Shown in pieces: positions 58,217-64,000 of a DNA stretch of 64,000 nt (position 1 is the stretch's first letter; each line of letters begins with the position of its first letter). The notes beneath the pieces were generated by a model. It was not told the DNA's origin. It worked only from the letters and a program-made list of their open reading frames with translations, and ran no database searches. Source of the stretch: Pseudomonadota bacterium. GTDB lineage: Bacteria > Desulfobacterota > Desulfobacteria > Desulfobacterales > JBDRRP01. A program made the translations under genes and the position numbers. Location of the stretch: NCBI GenBank assembly GCA_043825735.1, contig JBDRRP010000027.1, positions 62,001 through 126,000 of the forward strand, written 5' to 3'.

Positions 58217-60553
58217 TTAGAACCCCTTGAACGGGTTCGGGCCGAGGCCTTCGATGATTTCAGCGAAATCGTTGATGATCTGCGGCACCTTGTCATACTC
58301 GTCGATGGCGATTTCGAACTGGGCCACGCGCTCCTCTTCCAGCGCCAGGCTGGTGAGGGCATCGCCGATTTTCTTCATGCGGATGTCGGCAAGCTCGCTC
58401 CCCTTGACGAAATGACACTGGTAGTCGTCGCCGTGCTTGCAGCCCAGCAAAAAGACGCCGTCCATTCCCTGGCTCAGGGCATCCTTGATCCAGATGACAT
58501 TCACCGAACCCAGGCAGCGCACCGGAATGAGTCGCACGTTGGCGTTGTAGCCCAACCGCTTGAGGCCGGCCATGTCGAGGGCCGGCAGGGCGTCGTTTTC
58601 ACAGACCAGTCCCAGGATTCGCAGCGGCGGTTCGCTGTAGTCATCCTCGGAAGGCACCTTGATCGATTTGACCATGGACCCGATGCTGTCGACATTGTAG
58701 TCGGCAAAGCCGATGATCCGCTCAGGACAGGCACCCATGCAGGTGCCGCAGCGCCGGCAACGGGTGGGATTGGGCTTCGGTGTTCCTTTCTCGTCATCGT
58801 CGAGCGCGCCGAAGGGGCACTCAACCGTGCACCGCTTGCACTGGGTGCAACGCTGGAAGAAAAAATCAGGAAATGTCATATCCCCGTATCGCGGATGCAC
58901 CGCGACACCCCGATTGACCGATTCCATACACTGGATCGCCTTCAGGGCAGCGCCGGCGGCGTCTTCCATCGACTCCTCCACGCTCTGGCTCTTGCGGATC
59001 GCGCCGGCGGCATAGATACCGGTGCGCTGGGTCTCATAGGGAAAGCAGATGAAGTTGGAATCGACATAACCGCCAAACAGATCGATGTCCCGGAACGCCG
59101 GACCCTGCCGATAGGCCAGGTTCACGACCGGATCATCAGCGGTGACCGGCACCATGCCGGTGGCCAAAACGACCATGTCGGCCTTGACCTGAATGCTTTT
59201 CCCCAGCAGGGTGTCGGCCATATCCACGACCAGGCCGTTGCCGTTCTGAGACACCTTCACGACCTCACCCTTGCTCAGGAAAACACCGGGGTCCTGCTGC
59301 ATGCTCTTGTAAAAATTTTCCTGTAGACCGGGGGTGCGCATGTGCTGGTAGATCACATACGCCTTGCCGTCGTCGGCGTAGTCTTCACGCACGTATTTGG
59401 CCTGCTTCAAGGCGACCATGCTGGTGACCGCACCGGCGTAGGGAAAGTCGCTGTCGCTGCCGTTACCGGGGCTCTGGACAAAGACCACGTTCTTGGCCGC
59501 TTTGCCGTCGGAGGGACGAACGATTTTACCGGCCTTGGCGATCTTTTCAAACTGGGCATTGGTCACCACGTCCGGCAGTTCGCCGAAACCGAGATGGGCG
59601 AACTCATCTTTTGCGGGTTGATACGGCCGCCAGCCGGCAGCGAGGATCACCGCGCCGAAGAGCTCGCCGGTGGGGTCGAGTTTGAGAATGTCTACCCTGC
59701 CCTTGTTGTATTCCTTGTAACGCTCGAGCTGTTTTTCGTTGTCGAGTTCCTTACCGTTTTCGTCGACCTTCATGTCATCGGGCAGCGGGAAGGGTACGTC
59801 GAACTCGATCTTCTCTCCGGGTTTTTTGAAGGTGACGGTGAACTCGCCGGGCTGACCGGCGATACGGGCGACCACCGTGCCCGTTTTCACGGTGATCTTA
59901 GACTCCCCGGTGACCTGGGCAATCAGATCGCTGACATTGGGCGCGATCAGATTCTCGTAAGGCGACGACATGGGCAGCTGCTTGCGCCAGTTCAATGCCT
60001 GGCCGCCGAGCTGCGCCTCTTTTTCAACGATCGTCACCTCAAAACCGGCCTTGGCCGCGTCAAGCGCTGCATACATGCCGGTCATACCGCCGCCGAGCAC
60101 CAGAATCTTGCGGGAGAGATTTTCCAGCAGAAACGGTTCGGGCAGAACGCTTTTCTTCACCCGGGCCATCCCCATCCGAATGTAGTCTTCGGCCATCATC
60201 TGGACCACGTCGAACTTATCCGAGTCTTCTTTTTCTTCGGCCGTCAATGCCGGATACTGAGCGCGCGGGTGGGACCAGACGACCCCTTCGCGCAGGTTGG
60301 CGCGATCGACGATGCAGCCGTTAAAACGGAAAACGTCGAAATTGACCCGCCGGGAACAGGCCCCGATGACGATCGCGTTGGTGCCGGCCTCGACATCCTT
60401 TTTGATCAGTTCGACCCCTTCCGCGCTGCAAAGAAACGCATGCTCCTTTACCGGAAACCCTTCATCAGCGGGCACCTCGCACAGCGCCTTGGCGTCCAGG
60501 GATTCTCCAATCCCGCAGCCCGTGCAGATATAAACACCATATTTCTTGTCCAT
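58217..60553 (-). CDS. qmoB: Quinone-interacting membrane-bound oxidoreductase subunit B
   Basis: HdrA-like FAD domain, two ferredoxin motifs, C-terminal MvhD-like domain (VRCLG, GCKHGDDYQCHF), ends GPNPFKGF. Confidence 0.96.
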   Translation of the reverse strand: MDKKYGVYICTGCGIGESLDAKALCEVPADEGFPVKEHAFLCSAEGVELIKKDVEAGTNAIVIGACSRRVNFDVFRFNGCIVDRANLREGVVWSHPRAQYPALTAEEKEDSDKFDVVQMMAEDYIRMGMARVKKSVLPEPFLLENLSRKILVLGGGMTGMYAALDAAKAGFEVTIVEKEAQLGGQALNWRKQLPMSSPYENLIAPNVSDLIAQVTGESKITVKTGTVVARIAGQPGEFTVTFKKPGEKIEFDVPFPLPDDMKVDENGKELDNEKQLERYKEYNKGRVDILKLDPTGELFGAVILAAGWRPYQPAKDEFAHLGFGELPDVVTNAQFEKIAKAGKIVRPSDGKAAKNVVFVQSPGNGSDSDFPYAGAVTSMVALKQAKYVREDYADDGKAYVIYQHMRTPGLQENFYKSMQQDPGVFLSKGEVVKVSQNGNGLVVDMADTLLGKSIQVKADMVVLATGMVPVTADDPVVNLAYRQGPAFRDIDLFGGYVDSNFICFPYETQRTGIYAAGAIRKSQSVEESMEDAAGAALKAIQCMESVNRGVAVHPRYGDMTFPDFFFQRCTQCKRCTVECPFGALDDDEKGTPKPNPTRCRRCGTCMGACPERIIGFADYNVDSIGSMVKSIKVPSEDDYSEPPLRILGLVCENDALPALDMAGLKRLGYNANVRLIPVRCLGSVNVIWIKDALSQGMDGVFLLGCKHGDDYQCHFVKGSELADIRMKKIGDALTSLALEEERVAQFEIAIDEYDKVPQIINDFAEIIEGLGPNPFKGF

Positions 60554-60563
60554 GGATATCCTC

Positions 60564-61838
60564 CTACTTCCTTGCCAGGGTTTGAATTGCCTTCAGCGCC
60601 ATGCCGGTTGCATTCTGGTTGGATGAATACACGTCCGCCGGTTTGTTGGCACAGCCCGCCGCGAACATGCCGCCCTTGGCGAAATCATTGACGATGAACC
60701 CATCCTCGGTGAAGGTGAGATCGGCGGGCAGCTTGGCGTTAGCAGCCGTCGGCTGCATGCCGGTGGCAAGGACCACCATATCGACCGTCTGCCGGATCTT
60801 CTCGCCGGTGACGGCGTTTTCGGCCACAACGGTCACGGCCTTGGTTGCCGGGTCTTCGCTGACTTCGGCCACCTTGCCTTTGATGAAAATGACATTTTCA
60901 TCCTGCTTGACCATGTTGTAGAATTTTTCGTAGCGCCCACCGGGGCTGCGGATGTCGATGTAGAAAATATAGACCTTGGCATCAGGATACTGCTTACGCA
61001 CGTAAGTGGCCTGTTTGAGGGAGGCCATGCAGCAGATGTAGGAGCAGTAGGGCAGATGGTTTTCATCCCGGGAGCCGGCGCACTGCACGAAGGCCACCGT
61101 TTCAGGGGCTTTTTCATCCGACGGGCGAAGAATCTTGCCACCCGTGGGACCGTTGGCAGAAGCCAGTCGCTCGAGCATCATGTTGGTGATGATGTTGGGA
61201 TAGCGCCCAAAACCGAGGTTGTCGATCTTGTTGGCATCATAGGGCTCCCAACCGGTGGCCCAGACGATGGCGCCCACGGTCAGGTCCAGGGTCTTGGCTT
61301 CCATATCGAAATCGACGGCATCGTACTTGCAGGCGGCTTTGATGCGATCGGCGTCGTCGGTCCCCTTGATCTGTGGCGCGATGACGAACCGCGCCGGGAA
61401 AGCCATTTCCAGGGGAAGATACGCGCCCTTGGTTTTGTTCAGGCCAAAGTTGTATTCATTGGAAACTTCGGCCTCGCAAACCGCTGCGCAATCGCCGCAG
61501 CAGGTGCACTTTTCGTTCACATAGCGCGGATTGAGGCGAATGGCCACGTCGTAGTTGCCGGCGCTGCCGTCGACCTTCGTCACTTCGGCCAGTGTGAACA
61601 CCTTGATCCGGGGGTTGTCCTTGATGCGGCGGAAGTTGATTTCCAGACCACAGGTGGGCGGGCAGAGCTTCGGGAAATACTGATTGAGCTGAGAGACCCT
61701 GCCACCGAGGTAGGCATTTTTTTCCACGAGGAACACGTCGTACCCGACTTCGGCCGCTTCTATGGCCGCCGTCAGGCCGCTGATCCCGCCTCCGACAACC
61801 AGGATGCTTCCGCTAGCGGGGGCTGTTGCTTCTGTCAT
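60564..61838 (-). CDS. qmoA: Quinone-interacting membrane-bound oxidoreductase subunit A
   Basis: VVGGGISG, YFPKLCPPTCG, QCAGSRD, YCSYICC motifs. Confidence 0.96.
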   Translation of the reverse strand: MTEATAPASGSILVVGGGISGLTAAIEAAEVGYDVFLVEKNAYLGGRVSQLNQYFPKLCPPTCGLEINFRRIKDNPRIKVFTLAEVTKVDGSAGNYDVAIRLNPRYVNEKCTCCGDCAAVCEAEVSNEYNFGLNKTKGAYLPLEMAFPARFVIAPQIKGTDDADRIKAACKYDAVDFDMEAKTLDLTVGAIVWATGWEPYDANKIDNLGFGRYPNIITNMMLERLASANGPTGGKILRPSDEKAPETVAFVQCAGSRDENHLPYCSYICCMASLKQATYVRKQYPDAKVYIFYIDIRSPGGRYEKFYNMVKQDENVIFIKGKVAEVSEDPATKAVTVVAENAVTGEKIRQTVDMVVLATGMQPTAANAKLPADLTFTEDGFIVNDFAKGGMFAAGCANKPADVYSSNQNATGMALKAIQTLARK

Positions 61839-62042
61839 GCTATCCCTCCGTAATGAAATAAAGTTTTTGAAACCGATGGTTTCGGACCGGGTTTTTCATC
61901 GGCTTCGGGTGATACCCGTTTTACCTAATCCCAACACGTCAACCATCCGGCAGTGCCGATGGATGACTGACGTCTTGGGATGAGGCCGTCGATACTCAGG
62001 TAACGAAAGGATACCACCCAAAGCGGCCCCGCTGCCGAAGTT

Positions 62043-62080
62043 AATAAAAACCTCCAGGCGCCTTGCGGCACCTGGAGGTG
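62043..62080 (-). terminator. Intrinsic terminator after aprA
   Basis: ACCTCCAGGTGCC-GCAA-GGCGCCTGGAGGT followed by TTTTATT. Confidence 0.8.
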
Positions 62081-62126
62081 TTTACTTTTTATGCGTTGTT
62101 TCTACGCATTCGCCATTCGCGCATGA

Positions 62127-64000
62127 TTACGGGATGAGCTTGATGTATTCCTTCTTGAACACATCCCACTTGTTTGCGGCCGGATCGAACTTGGAGTTGA
62201 CGAAGCAGAACCAGTTTTCGTCATCCTGACCCGGGAAATCGCACTGATAGTAGAAACCTGGGTAGCGGGTTTCCTTGCGGAACTGGATGTGGCGAAGGTG
62301 AGATTCCACCGTCCAGATGCGGTGCTGGATCTCCCAGGCGCGCATCAGTTCGTGCAGGTCGCCGGCAGCCATTTTCTCGCAGTCCTCGCGCATGGTCTGC
62401 AGAAGATCCATTACGATTTCCAGGGACTTGCTGCTGGTCATGTAGAAAGTCGCCGTTCCGGCACCGTACTCATGGGTGGCCTTCATCAGCCGGTACATCA
62501 TGCCTTCGGGCTTGACGTAGTTCGGGTTGATGTTGTCGGCGGTGGTGTACTTGCAGTGATCCAGGTACAGGCGCACGGGCTTGTAGACCAGGTCGACCAG
62601 ATCCTTGACGCTCTTGTTGAGCTCGGGCTTGAAGCTGGCAAAATCAGTTGCAAACCGCACCATCTGCTTGGCCGCGATGCGCCCCTCGGCATGGGAGCCG
62701 GAGGAGAACTTGTGACCGGAGCAGCCGACGCCGTCACCGGAGGTGAAGAGGCCTTCCACAGTGGTCATGCGGTTGTAGACCTTGCCGTTGCGGGCCTTGA
62801 TCTTGTAGGCGTCCGGGACCCAGTCGAGATCGGGGCCGGAAGTCCACAGACCGCAGCAGCCGGAGTGGGAACCGAGCAGGTAAGGTTCGGTCGGCATAAC
62901 CTCGGAATTCTTCTTCTCGGGCTCGCAGTTCTGGGCGCACCACAGGTTCGCCTGACCGCAGGTCATGTCGAGGAAGTCTTCCCAGGCTTCGGACTCCAGG
63001 TGCTTGAGCTCCTTTTTGTCCATGGTCGCGCCCAAGGTGGCCAGCGCGGTGACGGTGTCCATGATGATGGGGCCGCGGCCCGCCTTCATCTCGAACAGCA
63101 TCAGGTGGTTGCGCAGGCAGGTCGGGGTGATGGCGGCGGTGCCGTAGGGAGCATAGTTCTGCAGCTCTTTCTTGGCGGCGTCGCTACCGGCGAAGTTCTC
63201 GCCCAGACCGTTGAGGGTTTTGGCCTTGAACAGCAGGAACCACGCACCCACCGGGCCGTAACCGTCTTTGAAGCGGGCCGGCGTGAAACGGTTTTCCATC
63301 ATGGAGAGCTCGGCACCGACCTTCATGCACATGGTGTAGGTGGAACCCGCGTTCCATACCGGATACCATGCACGGCCTTTGCCTTCACCGACCGAACGGG
63401 GCTGGTAGATGTTCACCGCGCCGCCGCAAGCCACCATCATGGTTTTGCACTTGATGACGTAGATTCTGTTCTCGCGAACGGAGAAACCCACCGCGCCGGC
63501 GATCTGGTTGGGGACGTTCTTGTCCAGAACCAGCTCGACGATGAAGCAGCGCTCGATGATGTTGTCGTCGCCCAGGGCTTTCTTGGCGGCTTCGGCAACC
63601 ACGCGCTTGTAGGACTCGCCGTTGATCATGATCTGCCATTTGCCGGTGCGGACCGGCTGAGCACCGGACTTCAGGGTACCCATGGTCTGGCCTTTTTTAC
63701 CGTCAAGGTTCTTGCCCTCGGCGGATTTCTTCCAGATCGGCAGGCCCCACTCTTCGAAAAGATAAACGCTGTCGTCCACGTAGCAGCCCAGGTCGAAGAT
63801 CAAATCTTCGCGAACCAGGCCCATGAGGTCGTTACGGACCATGCGGACATAGTCATCGGGGGTGTTGTCGCCGATGAAGGTATTGATGGCGGAAAGACCC
63901 TGTGCAACGGCGCCACTGCGCTCCATGGCGGCCTTGTCGCAAAGCAGGACCGTCTGGCCCTCTTTCATCCATTTCTTGATTTCGAATGCCGTACCGCAGG
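62127..64000 (-). CDS. aprA: Adenylylsulfate reductase alpha subunit (5' end outside the window)
   Basis: RSGAVAQGLSAIN, WQIMINGESYK, GRAWYPVWNAGS, RFKDGYGPVGAW, GHKFSSGS motifs; frame stays open to the window edge (CGTAFEIKKW). Confidence 0.97.
   Translation of the reverse strand, partial: CGTAFEIKKWMKEGQTVLLCDKAAMERSGAVAQGLSAINTFIGDNTPDDYVRMVRNDLMGLVREDLIFDLGCYVDDSVYLFEEWGLPIWKKSAEGKNLDGKKGQTMGTLKSGAQPVRTGKWQIMINGESYKRVVAEAAKKALGDDNIIERCFIVELVLDKNVPNQIAGAVGFSVRENRIYVIKCKTMMVACGGAVNIYQPRSVGEGKGRAWYPVWNAGSTYTMCMKVGAELSMMENRFTPARFKDGYGPVGAWFLLFKAKTLNGLGENFAGSDAAKKELQNYAPYGTAAITPTCLRNHLMLFEMKAGRGPIIMDTVTALATLGATMDKKELKHLESEAWEDFLDMTCGQANLWCAQNCEPEKKNSEVMPTEPYLLGSHSGCCGLWTSGPDLDWVPDAYKIKARNGKVYNRMTTVEGLFTSGDGVGCSGHKFSSGSHAEGRIAAKQMVRFATDFASFKPELNKSVKDLVDLVYKPVRLYLDHCKYTTADNINPNYVKPEGMMYRLMKATHEYGAGTATFYMTSSKSLEIVMDLLQTMREDCEKMAAGDLHELMRAWEIQHRIWTVESHLRHIQFRKETRYPGFYYQCDFPGQDDENWFCFVNSKFDPAANKWDVFKKEYIKLIP

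Noticed and set aside
1090..60691. Long antisense ORFs (e.g. 1090-2259, 31361-33013, 41881-44019, 45092-46396, 59342-60691)
   Set aside because: Shadow frames of well-supported genes in GC-rich DNA, with no recognisable motifs.

Overview
GC-rich chromosomal window from a sulfate-reducing deltaproteobacterium (Desulfobacterota-like): it carries aprA (partial), qmoABC and sat. From left to right it contains: (1) the end of a type II FAS/aryl-polyene-like lipid cluster (partial B12-radical SAM-like gene, PlsC, KS, ACP, LpxL-like acyltransferase, GT2, DAK2-DegV fusion, thioesterase); (2) two cobalamin-riboswitch operons (btuB, a BtuF-CbiZ fusion, exbBD-tonB; btuFCD); (3) three probable Ni/trace-metal operons (ABC+FmdE; TBDT+TsaA-like+secreted FmdE; Tat-type DxDGDG repeat protein+ExbBD-TonB+DUF3842+CooT+His-rich protein), all preceded by the same GGCCACGAAGG hairpin/terminator leader, which I do not recognise; (4) tRNA-Val, ispB, rimO and apbE; (5) hypEDFC, a maturation protease and a periplasmic [NiFe]-hydrogenase; (6) two tRNA-Ser genes, ferredoxin, AOR, UvrD, sat, qmoCBA and aprA. 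The main finding is in the hydrogenase large subunit. It has an in-frame TGA followed by a SECIS-like hairpin at the second Cys of the N-terminal RxCGxC motif (the bridging Ni-Fe ligand), while the canonical [NiFeSe] position (DPC) remains Cys, which makes it a candidate non-canonical selenocysteine hydrogenase. Many intergenic junctions contain nested palindromic repeats. All family assignments come from motif recognition by eye; no database searches were run. Where start codons differ from the ORF track, I chose them from RBS and gene-overlap evidence.
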